64,000 bases of DNA from Clostridia bacterium (GTDB lineage Bacteria > Bacillota > Clostridia > Christensenellales > DTU072). The notes beneath the pieces are model-generated. The model searched no databases, was not told where the DNA came from, and saw nothing but the letters and a program-made list of their open reading frames with translations. The stretch covers positions 2,092 through 66,091 of the forward strand of contig JBAXZI010000001.1 in assembly GCA_041670385.1 (NCBI GenBank). Reading direction: 5' to 3'. Below, piece after piece: positions 26,679-37,336 of the stretch (positions within the stretch are counted from its first letter, which is position 1; every line of letters begins with the position of its first letter). A program made the position numbers and the translations under genes.

Positions 26679-29509
26679 ATTCTATCGTCTCCTAAATTAT
26701 CTTCTTCATATTCTGGGTACTCTTTATAAAATTCTTCAGCGGTGCGTAGAAAGGTTCGTTTGTTATTCTTTACTTCACTTACCCAACCTCTTTTTTCTAG
26801 AGTTTCCATTATATTGGTGGTAGTATTGCTACCTTTATTTAATTTTCTTTGCACTAAAGAACCGCTAGCTTTATTATGTTTATAACATAATGCCAAAGCC
26901 TCTTTTAATGTATCTTCCCATTTGTCATTAATTATTTCATTTTTATCTATACTAATGCCACTTACGCTCCCATCACTATAGGTATTTGATTTAATTTCTT
27001 CCTTACTCCCATGCAAAATTCTTTCAATAGCATCATAATCGAAATCAACATCATTGTTTTCTCTTATTTCTGCAACTAAAGCATCTATTTCTTCACCGCT
27101 GATATAAGCACATTGTGCCCTTACCATAGACTTTCCACCTTTTCTTATAAACATATCGCCTTTGCCGAGCAATTTTTCAGCACCTTTCGTTTTGAAAATT
27201 ACCATACTATGGTTATAATCGCCTACCGCAAAAGCAATTTTTGTATTAAGATTGTTCTGAATTTCGTTCGTAATTACTTCCTTTACTGGATTTTGTGTTG
27301 CAAAAATAAGATGTATTCCTGCCGCTCTAGCAACTCTTGCCAAACTGCTCAAACTTGCCTCAACCGGTTTTCTAGCTATAGGATTAGTAATAAGTTCACT
27401 TGCCTCATCAATTATTACCACTATTCTTGGTAATTTGTTATTAGGCTCTACTTTGCTGTTATATTCAGACAATTTTTTTACGTGTAAACTTTCAAAAGCT
27501 GTGTATCTTCTGTCACTTTCTTTTTCTAACCATTTTAATGTATTAATTATTTCATCAATTTCATATAGAGGTTTTTCCACAAGCATATGTGGCAAACCAC
27601 TAAAAAGCGCCATTTCTACTTTTTTAAGGTCCACAAGTACTAATTTTAATTCATCAGGAGAATAACGGAAAAGTAAACTTGCTAAAATACAATTTAGACA
27701 AACCGATTTACCACTACCTGTACTGCCCGCAACTAATGCGTGGGGCATTTCGGCTAAGTCATCTATCAAATTTTTACCATCTGTAGTTTTTCCCATAGCA
27801 ATTACTAAATCGCCTTTGTAATTCATATATTCTTTGCTACAAATTATTTCCTTAAAACTTATCATACCTCTTATTTTGTTAGGAATTTCAATGGCAAAAT
27901 AAGGACTGCCTTCTATTTGGGGTAAAATATTAATTTCTTTATTTGTCCGTAATAATCTATTTATATCCTGCTTAGCACTCATAACTCTAGAAATACTACA
28001 AGTATCACTCAAACTAGCTAAACAAGTAGTAATTGTCGGCCCTTTAATTGCATCAATATATTTAGCATCAATATTATAATTTTTTAATTTTACTTCTATT
28101 AATTCTCTTAATTCTTCTACATTATCCACATAAGGCACAAAATTAGGGTTTGAATGGTCTTTTAACATATCTTTATTAGGGAAAACATAAGGTTTACTTT
28201 GTTTTACTTCCAATATTTCCTTAATATTTTTTGGTTTTGGTTTTTTTATAACCTTATTGCTACTCGTATCATCATACATTTTATCTTCATCAAATTTTTC
28301 AATATCATAAAAATCATTTGAATTTTTTTCTACATCTTCCGTATCATTTTTATATTCAACTTCTTTTTCTTCATCTTCAATTATTGTATTTATGCCTATA
28401 TCATAAAACCCTTTATTACTGTTTTTATATTCCTCTTTTTCCACCACCGTTTCATCATCATAAATAGTGGTTTGCGTAGGTTTATAATCATTGATTTTTA
28501 GGTCTTGTTTTATAGCTTCTTCTTTAGTAAAAGATGCATCATTATTCCCAAAAGCTTCTTCTCTGGCTATTTTTTGTTGCAATTCTACATCGTGCAAGCC
28601 TAACTTCTTAGATGCTTCCTCTCTGCGTTGTTGTTGATTATAAATACGAGCATTATCACTATAAACATCATCAACAGGTTTGATTTTGTATGCGTGATAT
28701 CCACCAATTAACGAATAATCATCTTCTTTCGTGATTTTTGGCATATCATCGACTATTACTGTGTCTCTTTGCGTCAAATTACTGCTTTTAGAAACATAGT
28801 TATCCCCATATAGTTTCTTTAGTGCTTCTTTTTTGCGGTCAATTTCTTCAACCACTTTATTATTTTCTTTTTCTCTTTCTAAGCTTTTTTGTTTTTCCAA
28901 TTCTATATCATTAGCTAACTTATCATTTTTACTTGGAATAACTTTTGGCAAACTTTGAAGTTTTTCTAAATCAATATCTTTTGAATTATTTTCTTTTTTG
29001 ATTAATTTAGCATTTTTTGATTTTTTACTAACAAAAATATATGGATAAATACATAAAAAACCCGTTATCATAGCGCCAAAAAAGAAAATCAACGAACTTA
29101 CTAAATATTTGCAAGGCAAAACTATCGGTGCACTTATTAATGACAAAATCACTCCGCCAACACTTGTTTTGTAGTAAACATCGGCTATGTATGTAGCAAA
29201 TCCGCTATTTACAATTTCCTTTCCTAACACTGTAATATGTATAGTTATCATTGAGAATAACGCCCAAACCCAAAAAATAACTATTCTTTTTGTTTCTATT
29301 TTTTTCCATTTGCCTTTAACAATCAAATCGGCTATAAAGAAAACGACTAAAATTCCAAAATATGCGTAAAACAAATAACCAAAAACACCAATAAGTGCAT
29401 TTCTGGTCGGTGTAATAACCGACACAATTATTAGTGCCACCAAAACAATAGCTTTTATTAAAAGAATTTTTTTTCTATCTAATTTGATTCTATTGCCACC
29501 ATTTGCCAT
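26675..29509 (-). CDS. ftsK: DNA translocase FtsK/SpoIIIE
   Basis: 944 aa with N-terminal TM helices, a long charged linker, a motor domain with Walker A GSTGSGKS, and a C-terminal winged-helix-like gamma domain. Confidence 0.9.
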   Translation of the reverse strand: MANGGNRIKLDRKKILLIKAIVLVALIIVSVITPTRNALIGVFGYLFYAYFGILVVFFIADLIVKGKWKKIETKRIVIFWVWALFSMITIHITVLGKEIVNSGFATYIADVYYKTSVGGVILSLISAPIVLPCKYLVSSLIFFFGAMITGFLCIYPYIFVSKKSKNAKLIKKENNSKDIDLEKLQSLPKVIPSKNDKLANDIELEKQKSLEREKENNKVVEEIDRKKEALKKLYGDNYVSKSSNLTQRDTVIVDDMPKITKEDDYSLIGGYHAYKIKPVDDVYSDNARIYNQQQRREEASKKLGLHDVELQQKIAREEAFGNNDASFTKEEAIKQDLKINDYKPTQTTIYDDETVVEKEEYKNSNKGFYDIGINTIIEDEEKEVEYKNDTEDVEKNSNDFYDIEKFDEDKMYDDTSSNKVIKKPKPKNIKEILEVKQSKPYVFPNKDMLKDHSNPNFVPYVDNVEELRELIEVKLKNYNIDAKYIDAIKGPTITTCLASLSDTCSISRVMSAKQDINRLLRTNKEINILPQIEGSPYFAIEIPNKIRGMISFKEIICSKEYMNYKGDLVIAMGKTTDGKNLIDDLAEMPHALVAGSTGSGKSVCLNCILASLLFRYSPDELKLVLVDLKKVEMALFSGLPHMLVEKPLYEIDEIINTLKWLEKESDRRYTAFESLHVKKLSEYNSKVEPNNKLPRIVVIIDEASELITNPIARKPVEASLSSLARVARAAGIHLIFATQNPVKEVITNEIQNNLNTKIAFAVGDYNHSMVIFKTKGAEKLLGKGDMFIRKGGKSMVRAQCAYISGEEIDALVAEIRENNDVDFDYDAIERILHGSKEEIKSNTYSDGSVSGISIDKNEIINDKWEDTLKEALALCYKHNKASGSLVQRKLNKGSNTTTNIMETLEKRGWVSEVKNNKRTFLRTAEEFYKEYPEYEEDNLGDDRI

Positions 29510-29510
29510 T

Positions 29511-30782
29511 TTATTTTTCTCCCATAAATAAATTATAGATGTTTTCTTCTTGTTTTTTGCCTACATAGCTAATACTTGCATTATCATAGTCAAAATAGAA
29601 TTTCAAATATTTGTCAACTGTAGGTTTGTCTAATTTATCCAATTTCGCTATAATGCTGTTTAAATTAAACTTTTTGTCAAGTAAAATTGCACTTTTTGCA
29701 TTAGCACGCATAACCGACATAGATACTTCCGTGCCCAATGTCATTGCTGTTTTTATTTGTATAATTGTTTTATTTAATTCACTTTCCTCTACTCCGCTAA
29801 CTAATATATTATCTAACACCTTGCGTACTGCGGTAATAGCTTGTGTAACCTTAGTTGGGTCTGTTGCTAAATAAATAAACATATATCCCGATTTTTCGTA
29901 AGAAATAGTAGATGCATATATAGTATATACAAGTCCCATTTCTTCTCTTATCGCTTGAAATAAACGACTACTCATACTTCCGCCTATTATATTGCTAACA
30001 ACTGAATTAACGACATTATCGGATTTAGCTAAACCAATTGCAGGAAAGCCAATCGTAATATGTGCTTGTGCATTTTCATTCTTTGTTTCGATAATCAATT
30101 TTGATAAATATTTTTCTTTTACAAATTTAGGTTTTACATAATCACTTTTTATAGTCGTTGTGTCAAAGTATTTATCTACTAAAGCTGTTGCTTCTTCTTC
30201 ACTTATATTGCCTGTAATGCTAATTACTGTGTTTTGTGGCACATAATGTTTGGACATAAACTTTACTATATCGTCTTTATTAAATTTAGCCACATTCTCT
30301 TTGCTTCCTAAAATTGGGTAAGCCACCGACTTTTTTTCTCCAAAAAGAACCTTGCATAAATTTTCCAAACATAGGTCTTCGTAATCATCAGTACTCATTT
30401 TTATTTCTTCTAAAACTACTTCTCTTTCTTTATCCAAATTTTCTTGTGTGTAAGTCGAGTTGTAGTATATATCCGCTAAGATTTCCATACACTTATCGCC
30501 ATATTCACCCAAACCTGTTGTGTAAAAAGCGGTAAGATTTTTTGAGGTATATGCATTTACATTTACACCAATACTTTCTAATTCGTTAGCTATATCATAA
30601 GCAGAACGGGTAGGTGTGCCCTTGAATGTCATATGTTCGATAAAATGTGAAATACCATTATTTGATTTATCTTCATACATACTGCCCACTCCGACATATA
30701 TACCTATAGAAAGCGCTTTTGTGCTTCTCATCTTTTGCCATACCAAACGCAAACCATTTTTAAAAACTATAATTTTCTCCAT
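29511..30782 (-). CDS. M16-family (pitrilysin-like) zinc peptidase
   Basis: Inverted zinc motif HFIEHMTFKG (HxxEH) near the N-terminus. 423 aa. Confidence 0.85.
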   Translation of the reverse strand: MEKIIVFKNGLRLVWQKMRSTKALSIGIYVGVGSMYEDKSNNGISHFIEHMTFKGTPTRSAYDIANELESIGVNVNAYTSKNLTAFYTTGLGEYGDKCMEILADIYYNSTYTQENLDKEREVVLEEIKMSTDDYEDLCLENLCKVLFGEKKSVAYPILGSKENVAKFNKDDIVKFMSKHYVPQNTVISITGNISEEEATALVDKYFDTTTIKSDYVKPKFVKEKYLSKLIIETKNENAQAHITIGFPAIGLAKSDNVVNSVVSNIIGGSMSSRLFQAIREEMGLVYTIYASTISYEKSGYMFIYLATDPTKVTQAITAVRKVLDNILVSGVEESELNKTIIQIKTAMTLGTEVSMSVMRANAKSAILLDKKFNLNSIIAKLDKLDKPTVDKYLKFYFDYDNASISYVGKKQEENIYNLFMGEK

Positions 30783-30888
30783 TAATACTCCTATCTCTTT
30801 AATTTGAATTCTTTGGGTAATTACTATATATTTTGCTCATATTTTATGAACAATAACCCGATTTTAATTATTTATTATATTAACAATG

Positions 30889-30917
30889 ATTATACACTAA
30901 CAAACAAGATTTTACAA
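30889..30917 (-). promoter_or_regulatory. candidate promoter of the M16-ftsK-rimO-cinA-recA block
   Basis: On the minus strand: TTGTAA (30917-30912), 17 nt, TATAAT (30894-30889). Confidence 0.3.
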
Positions 30918-30941
30918 TATAAATAGTAATTTTTCTTTGTA

Positions 30942-30977
30942 CAAAAAAAGTTATGTCCCATTTTTAGAACATAACTT
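30942..30977 (-). terminator. terminator of the IOR/PaaK operon
   Basis: AAGTTATGT (30948-30956) pairs with ACATAACTT (30969-30977). A T-run follows on the minus strand (complement of the A-run at 30943-30949). Confidence 0.6.
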
Positions 30978-31007
30978 TATTTTTTAATCTATTTTTATTA
31001 TAAACTA

Positions 31008-31814
31008 TTAAATTTGCAATAACTCTTTAGCATTTTTATAAAGGATTTTTTCTTTATCATCTTTGCTAAAATCGTAAGTGTCAAATATTTCTAAAGCTTT
31101 TGACTGTCCGCACCAAGGACTATCTGTGCCAAATAAAATTTTATCGCTTCCGTGATTATAAATAATTTCCCTTGCCATATCTTTTTTTATTATTCCAAAA
31201 ATAACTCCCATATCAAAATAACAATCGGCATCTATAAGATATTTTTCTACATCTTCCCATAGTGAAAGTCCGCCTAAATGTGCCAAAACTATCTTGCCAC
31301 CACCGACTCTTTCAATTACCGCTTTAGCCCGTTTGGGTGTGCAATGTACCATATCAGGGAACCCGACATCGAGTCCTGCGTGAACTACTGCTATCATATC
31401 CAAATCTTTACACGCTGATAATATTTTGTAATATCTTTCATCATCAATAAAGGTTTGTTGATAATCCGGGTGTATTTTTATTCCTAAAAAACCTCGGTTT
31501 TTAAGTTCAGTAAGATGAGCTTTTGGATTAGGGGTGTCTGGGTGAATTGCGCCAAAGCTAATTATTTTTTGCTCAAAATTATTAGCTATTTCATTTAGAT
31601 TCTGTGCAAAATTATTTATGCCCTCAAACTGTTTTACACTTGTTTGAACTGGCAAATTTATAGACATTGATATCCCTGCTTTTTTCATTGAAGCACGCAA
31701 GCAATTTTGCGTACCATCAGTAAAGCTAGGAATACCGCCCATTTTTTCTAATTTTACTATTGTTGTTGTCGCTATTTTTTCTGGAAAAATATGCGTGTGA
31801 AAATCTATTATCAT
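31008..31814 (-). CDS. amidohydrolase-2-family metal-dependent hydrolase/decarboxylase-like protein
   Basis: IDFHTHIFP start, then GIKIHP, VVHAG, LAHLGG and LFGTDSPW, the TIM-barrel amidohydrolase_2 pattern. Confidence 0.7.
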   Translation of the reverse strand: MIIDFHTHIFPEKIATTTIVKLEKMGGIPSFTDGTQNCLRASMKKAGISMSINLPVQTSVKQFEGINNFAQNLNEIANNFEQKIISFGAIHPDTPNPKAHLTELKNRGFLGIKIHPDYQQTFIDDERYYKILSACKDLDMIAVVHAGLDVGFPDMVHCTPKRAKAVIERVGGGKIVLAHLGGLSLWEDVEKYLIDADCYFDMGVIFGIIKKDMAREIIYNHGSDKILFGTDSPWCGQSKALEIFDTYDFSKDDKEKILYKNAKELLQI

Positions 31815-31856
31815 ATGTTTATTATTTCTATTTTTCCTAATTTAGATACACATTAT

Positions 31857-32285
31857 TTACATTTTTTCTATGTCACTAGCGGTTACTATTTGTACTCCAT
31901 TTTTTATTAATATTTCTCTTGCTTTGTTTATATCTGAAGTTTTTAATACTAATGACGCATCTTTATTCTCTACATTTAGCCCGTACATATATTCTAAGTT
32001 AATATTGTTTTTGCTAAGTTTGTATACCAATTCGTGCAATTGACCTACTTTGTGGTCAATTCTAATAACTAGCACATCAGTTAGCATTGTAGAAAACCCT
32101 TTTTCTTGTAAAGCATTTTTGCCCACTTCAGGATTATTAACAATCAAACGCAAAAGTCCATATTCGCTTGTATCTGCTAAACTTAATGACAAAATATTAA
32201 TGTTATTATCTTTTAATACTTTCAAAACATCTTCTAGACGCCCTTCACGATTTTCAATAAATACTGATAACTGTTTTGCTTCCAT
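31857..32285 (-). CDS. ACT-domain protein
   Basis: 142 aa, two short beta-alpha-beta-beta-alpha-beta-like halves. Small ACT proteins commonly follow PaaK-type ligases. Confidence 0.65.
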   Translation of the reverse strand: MEAKQLSVFIENREGRLEDVLKVLKDNNINILSLSLADTSEYGLLRLIVNNPEVGKNALQEKGFSTMLTDVLVIRIDHKVGQLHELVYKLSKNNINLEYMYGLNVENKDASLVLKTSDINKAREILIKNGVQIVTASDIEKM

Positions 32286-32321
32286 AATAGTTGCTCCTCC
32301 ATCAATTTTATTTTTTATATA

Positions 32322-33614
32322 TTATAACTTTCTTTTATCAATAACGTGTACCGCTTTACCCATACTTCTTTCTAAAGTTTTTGGTTCTACCAATTTTATT
32401 TTAGCGGATAGTCCCAATGCTTGTTGGATAGTATGTCCTATTTTTTTAGTTAGTGCCTCAAGACTTTTTATTTCATCTGAGAAAAATCTTTCATCAACTT
32501 CTACTTGAATTTCTAAAGTATCCAAAGTTCCTACTCTATCTACTATCATCATATAATGCATACTAACTTCTTCCAATTTAGCTAAAGCATCTTCCACTTG
32601 TCCTGGGAATACATTTACGCCTCTAATAATAAGCATATCATCACTACGCCCTACAAACTTACTTAATCTAGCTTGAGTTCTTCCACATTTGCATTTGTCA
32701 TAACAAATACTGGTTAGGTCTCTAGTACGATATCTAATAAGTGGCAAGCCCTCTTTAGTAATTGTAGTAAACACTAATTCGCCGATTTCGCCTTCTTTTG
32801 CCGGTTTTAATGTTTTTGGGTCGATTATTTCCGGTATGAAGTGGTCTTCATTTACGTGCAAACCTAAATGGTATTCGCAATCACAAGCAACCCCCGGTCC
32901 CATTATTTCTGATAGACCGTATATATCATAAGCCTTTATATTTAGAGTTTTTTCCATTTTCATTCGCATTTGTTCTGTCCAAGGTTCTGCACCGCAAATT
33001 GCTATTTTTAATTTAATTTTATCTAAATCGCCATTGCCTTCCAAAATTTCTGCTATGTGTAACAAATAACTAGGTGTACAAGCCAATGCTGTAGCGTTAA
33101 AATCCTTCATCATATTTATTAGCTTAGTAGTATTTCCTGTGCTCATAGGGACAACAGTTGCTCCCAATTTTTCAGCACCGTTATGCGCACCAAGTCCGCC
33201 TGTAAACAATCCATAACCATAGGCTATTTGAATAATATCCTCATCAGTCACTCCTGCCATAGCAAAACATCTTGCTACACATTCGCTCCAGGTATCTATA
33301 TCTTTTTTCGTATATCCTACTACTGTAGCTTTTCCTGTAGTACCGCTACTAGCGTGTATTCTAACAATTTTTTTTTGAGGCACAGCAAACAAACCGAATG
33401 GATAAGTTTCTCTTAAATCTGCCTTAGTTGTATAAGGTAATTTTACTAAGTCATCTACGCTTTTTATATCACTTGGTTTTAGTCCAATTGCGTCCATTTT
33501 TTTACGATAATGTTCTACATTATTATAAACTCGTTCTACGGTCGCTATTAGTCTTTCACTTTGCAATTTTTTTAAGTCTTCTCTTGACATACATTCTACT
33601 AATTCATTCCACAT
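32322..33614 (-). CDS. paaK: phenylacetate-CoA ligase family (PaaK-type), copy 2
   Basis: 430 aa with AMP-binding SSGTTGK, YGLSE and RYRTRD strings. Roughly half identical by eye to copy 1. Confidence 0.85.
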   Translation of the reverse strand: MWNELVECMSREDLKKLQSERLIATVERVYNNVEHYRKKMDAIGLKPSDIKSVDDLVKLPYTTKADLRETYPFGLFAVPQKKIVRIHASSGTTGKATVVGYTKKDIDTWSECVARCFAMAGVTDEDIIQIAYGYGLFTGGLGAHNGAEKLGATVVPMSTGNTTKLINMMKDFNATALACTPSYLLHIAEILEGNGDLDKIKLKIAICGAEPWTEQMRMKMEKTLNIKAYDIYGLSEIMGPGVACDCEYHLGLHVNEDHFIPEIIDPKTLKPAKEGEIGELVFTTITKEGLPLIRYRTRDLTSICYDKCKCGRTQARLSKFVGRSDDMLIIRGVNVFPGQVEDALAKLEEVSMHYMMIVDRVGTLDTLEIQVEVDERFFSDEIKSLEALTKKIGHTIQQALGLSAKIKLVEPKTLERSMGKAVHVIDKRKL

Positions 33615-33651
33615 ATTCCTTGTTTACCTCCGCCACAATTTAATTTAGTTA

Positions 33652-34212
33652 TTATTTTAGGTTTAGTCCCGTAAGAAATGCTTTTTTATTTATTTCTATA
33701 GTTTTTGCTGGAACGGTTTTTTCAATAACTTCTAGCCATTTTTCTTTACTACATTCCATAAATTGTGCACATACTCCAAGTACTATTAGGTTAAATACTC
33801 TCGCATTACCCAAATCATTAGCAATTTTCATAGCATCAAATGCCACTACTTTATGATTTTTCTTTAATTTCTCAACTATATTTTCAGGATATTTGTCCAC
33901 ACCTGTAAGAACAGTAATTGGGTCAATCCTAATATCATTAAGTATAAGCACTCCATCTGCTTTTAGAAAGTTTATGTATCTCATAGCTTCTAATCTCTCA
34001 AAAGCAATTAGTACATCCGCTTGTCCTTCTTCCACAATAGGTTCTCTTACATTTTCGCCATATCTTACAAAAGTTACTACGCTACCGCCTCTTTGTGCCA
34101 TACCGTGTACTTCGGATAGTTTTACATCATTGTCACCAATTCCGCCTAGTATCCTACTAGTTAGCAATGTTCCTTGTCCGCCAACTCCTACTATCATAAT
34201 GTTTTTTTCCAT
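33652..34212 (-). CDS. iorB: indolepyruvate ferredoxin oxidoreductase, beta subunit
   Basis: 186 aa. MIVGVGGQGTLL.. matches the 2-oxoacid:ferredoxin oxidoreductase gamma-type domain. 1-nt overlap with iorA. Confidence 0.85.
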   Translation of the reverse strand: MEKNIMIVGVGGQGTLLTSRILGGIGDNDVKLSEVHGMAQRGGSVVTFVRYGENVREPIVEEGQADVLIAFERLEAMRYINFLKADGVLILNDIRIDPITVLTGVDKYPENIVEKLKKNHKVVAFDAMKIANDLGNARVFNLIVLGVCAQFMECSKEKWLEVIEKTVPAKTIEINKKAFLTGLNLK

Positions 34213-35951
34213 TAGGCTTTAACCTCCGTGATTGCTCCAAATTTACATAAACTCATACATAATCCGCATCCATTACACATATTCGGGTCTATTTTTATAG
34301 TACCATCATCATTTTTGCTTAGTGCAGGACAACCTGGTTTTAAGCAAGCACCACATTTAACACATTTAGTTGTGTCAACTATACATTTTGTTGTAAAATG
34401 ATTGGATTTCAACAATACGCAAGGTGATTTTGTGATAATTACTGTAATAGTATCTCTCTTTTGTGCTTCTTTTATAGCTGTTTTTAATGCTGGAATATCA
34501 AAAGCATTTATCTCTTCAACATATTTTACACCAATTGCACGACATAAAGTTTGCAAATTAATTGCATTTGTTACTTCTCCATTAAGTGTTTTTCCGGTAG
34601 CTGCGTGGTCTTGATGTCCCGTCATTCCCGTAGTTGAATTATCCAATATCATTACAATTCCTACACCCTTATTATAAACCATACCAATTAGAGAATTAAC
34701 TCCAGTATGTAAGAAAGTAGAATCGCCAATTACGGCTACCCAATCTCTAATAAATTCAGTGCCTTTTGCCTTTTGCATACCGTGTAATGTAGATATACTT
34801 GCACCCATACAAATAGTGGTATCAAGTGTTGCTAGCGGTTCTAAAGCACCAAGTGTGTAACAACCGATATCGCCACAAGCGTGCATTTTTAGTTGCTTTA
34901 GGGCAGTGTATACGCTTCTATGAGGGCAACCCGGACAAAGAACAGGAGGTCTTCCAGGAATGTTTCCTAAATCTTCTCTTATTATTTCTTGTCCTAAAAA
35001 TTCTTTTCTTAGCATATTAGCTGAATATTCGCCTTGTTTGGTAAATATTTCTTTACCAATTGCTTTTATTCCCCAAGACTTAACTTGTTCTTCAATAACT
35101 GGTTCTAATTCTTCAAAAATGTATAATTTATCTACTTTACTAGCAAATTCCATTATAAGATTTTTAGGAAGTGGATTAACCATACCTATTTTTAATACAG
35201 ACGCATTAGGTAATACTTCTTTAATGTATTGATAAGCAATACCGTCGGTTATAAACCCTATCTTCGTGTCATTATATTCGGCTCTATTAAGTACAGGCAT
35301 ATTACAGCTATCAATAGCTAATTTGTCCATTCTTGCTTCTACTATTGGATGACGCTTTTTAGCTTTTGCTGGCATCATAACATATTTTTCGGTATTTTTT
35401 ACATAAGGTATGTCTTCTCTTTCTTCTCTATCAATAAGCTCAACCATACATTGAGAATGGCTAAGTCTTGTTGTTGTCCTTAAAATAACCGGTGTGTCAT
35501 ATTCTTCACTTATTTTATAAGCAATTTTAACAAATTCTTTAGCCTCTGCACTATCTGCTGGTTCTATAACTGGTACTAAAGCACTTCTACCAACCATTCT
35601 TGTATCTTGTTCATTTTGTGAACTATACAAACCTGGGTCATCAGCCGCCACCAATACAAGTCCACCGTTAACACCCGTATATGATGCCGTAAATAGTGGG
35701 TCAGCTGCTACATTTACACCTACGTGCTTCATTGAAGCCATTGCTCTAACGCCACTAATCGATGCTCCAAGAGCTACTTCCATAGCTACTTTTTCATTTG
35801 GTGCCCATTCTGAATAGATTTCTTTATATTTTACAATATTTTCACTTATTTCAGTACTAGGTGTACCCGGATAAGCTGAAGATAATTTTACTCCTGCTTC
35901 GTAAGCACCTCTAGCGATAGCTTCGTTGCCTAACATTAATTTCTTGGCCAT
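34212..35951 (-). CDS. iorA: indolepyruvate ferredoxin oxidoreductase, alpha subunit
   Basis: 579 aa with a TPP-binding region (GDSTFLHTG) and two C-terminal ferredoxin motifs (CVKCGACLKPGCPA; CNGCGLCMSLC). Confidence 0.9.
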   Translation of the reverse strand: MAKKLMLGNEAIARGAYEAGVKLSSAYPGTPSTEISENIVKYKEIYSEWAPNEKVAMEVALGASISGVRAMASMKHVGVNVAADPLFTASYTGVNGGLVLVAADDPGLYSSQNEQDTRMVGRSALVPVIEPADSAEAKEFVKIAYKISEEYDTPVILRTTTRLSHSQCMVELIDREEREDIPYVKNTEKYVMMPAKAKKRHPIVEARMDKLAIDSCNMPVLNRAEYNDTKIGFITDGIAYQYIKEVLPNASVLKIGMVNPLPKNLIMEFASKVDKLYIFEELEPVIEEQVKSWGIKAIGKEIFTKQGEYSANMLRKEFLGQEIIREDLGNIPGRPPVLCPGCPHRSVYTALKQLKMHACGDIGCYTLGALEPLATLDTTICMGASISTLHGMQKAKGTEFIRDWVAVIGDSTFLHTGVNSLIGMVYNKGVGIVMILDNSTTGMTGHQDHAATGKTLNGEVTNAINLQTLCRAIGVKYVEEINAFDIPALKTAIKEAQKRDTITVIITKSPCVLLKSNHFTTKCIVDTTKCVKCGACLKPGCPALSKNDDGTIKIDPNMCNGCGLCMSLCKFGAITEVKA

Positions 35952-35968
35952 AGCATCCTCCGTTTTAA

Positions 35969-37276
35969 TTAATTATTTTTATTTGTTCGTAAGTCCGTAA
36001 CTCTCTTTGCCTTTCCCTCAAATCTTTTTAATGTATTTGGTGATTCAAGTTTTATTATGGCATCAAGTCCTAATACTACACGCAATTTCGATTTTATATT
36101 TTTTTCGATTGCTTGCAACTCCTTAAATGTATCAGTAGGCTTAGTAAGCTCTACCTTAATTTCTAATTTGTCACAATGATTATCTCTACTTACTATTATT
36201 TCATAATGAGGTCCAATTTCATCTACTGACAAAATTACTTCTTCTATTTGGCTTGGGAATACATTTACGCCTCTGATTTTTAACATATCGTCGGTTCTTC
36301 CCATCAAATTATCCATTCTACAAAAAGTACGACCGCATTTACATATATCATAATTAAGTCTTGTAATATCTTTAGTGCGATAACGAATAAGTGGTAATGC
36401 CTCTTTGCTTATACAAGTAACTACTAACTCACCCTTTTGTCCAATTGGCAAAACCTCTTGCGTTATTGGGTCAATAATTTCTGGTATAAAATAATCTTCA
36501 TTAATGTGCATACCGTCTAAATACTCACATTCTCCAGATACTCCTGGTCCAATAAGTTCGCTCATTCCATAATTACTAGTAACTAAAATATCTTTACCCC
36601 ACATTTTGTGCATTTCCTCACGCATTGCATCGGTAAGCAATTCGCTACCTACTAAACCTATTTTTACATTTAGGTCGGTTTTTACATCTATTCCCATACT
36701 TTTAGCAACTTCAGCAAGCCTTAAAGCATAAGAAGGTGTTGCTACTAATAATGTTGTGCCAAAGTCACGCATATACATAATTTGTTTTTCCGAATTACCC
36801 GTACTTGATGGAACAATAGTAGCTCCTATTTTTTCAAGTCCATAATGTAAACCTAAAGCACCGGTAAACATTCCGTAACCAAAACATATTTGTGCTACAT
36901 CTTTTTTTGTAGCTCCGCCCATTGTGGCAATTCTTGCAACGCATTCCGTCCACATATCTAGGTCATTTTTGGTATAACCTACTACTGTAGGTTTGCCCGT
37001 AGTTCCACTACTTGCGTGTATCCTAACTAAATCATCTTTATCTACAGCAAATAATCCGAATGGATAATTATCACGCAAATCTTCTTTAGTAGTTAGTGGC
37101 AATTTTGATAAATCTGCCAAACATTTAATATCAGAAGGTTTGATTCCTGCTTCATCAAATTTCTTTTTGTAAGCTGGTACTTTATCATAGACAAGTGCAA
37201 CAGTTTTTTGCAATCTTTTTAGCTGAATTTCTTCAATTTCTTTTCTAGATAATGTTTCTTCCTTTGACCAAATCAT
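35969..37276 (-). CDS. paaK: phenylacetate-CoA ligase family (PaaK-type), copy 1
   Basis: 435 aa with SSGTTGK, YGMSE and RYRTKD. An in-frame TAA four codons upstream of ATG 37276 fixes the start. Confidence 0.85.
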   Translation of the reverse strand: MIWSKEETLSRKEIEEIQLKRLQKTVALVYDKVPAYKKKFDEAGIKPSDIKCLADLSKLPLTTKEDLRDNYPFGLFAVDKDDLVRIHASSGTTGKPTVVGYTKNDLDMWTECVARIATMGGATKKDVAQICFGYGMFTGALGLHYGLEKIGATIVPSSTGNSEKQIMYMRDFGTTLLVATPSYALRLAEVAKSMGIDVKTDLNVKIGLVGSELLTDAMREEMHKMWGKDILVTSNYGMSELIGPGVSGECEYLDGMHINEDYFIPEIIDPITQEVLPIGQKGELVVTCISKEALPLIRYRTKDITRLNYDICKCGRTFCRMDNLMGRTDDMLKIRGVNVFPSQIEEVILSVDEIGPHYEIIVSRDNHCDKLEIKVELTKPTDTFKELQAIEKNIKSKLRVVLGLDAIIKLESPNTLKRFEGKAKRVTDLRTNKNN

Positions 37277-37287
37277 TTTTGTTGTTT

Positions 37288-37317
37288 AGTGCTTTCTTTT
37301 ATAAAAGCACTCCTCCT
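37288..37317 (-). promoter_or_regulatory. SD sequence separated from the paaK-1 AUG by an 8-bp hairpin
   Basis: The minus-strand mRNA reads AGGAGG-AGUGCUUU-UAUAAAAG-AAAGCACU-AAACAACAAAA-AUG. There is no SD next to the AUG. Confidence 0.4.
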
Positions 37318-37336
37318 TTTATATAATATTTTATTA

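Noticed and set aside
26359-26823. 154-aa plus-strand ORF; likewise 32050-32508, 44615-45067, 9840-10160, 16635-16964, 777-1094, 22025-22318 and the many 60-110-aa ORFs inside the giant genes
   Set aside because: All lie antisense to or out of frame with strongly supported genes (rimO/ftsK, ACT/paaK, serS, MBL, mfd, LRR, rny). They have low-complexity Ile/Phe/Leu/Ser-rich translations typical of shadow ORFs in AT-rich DNA, and no SD.
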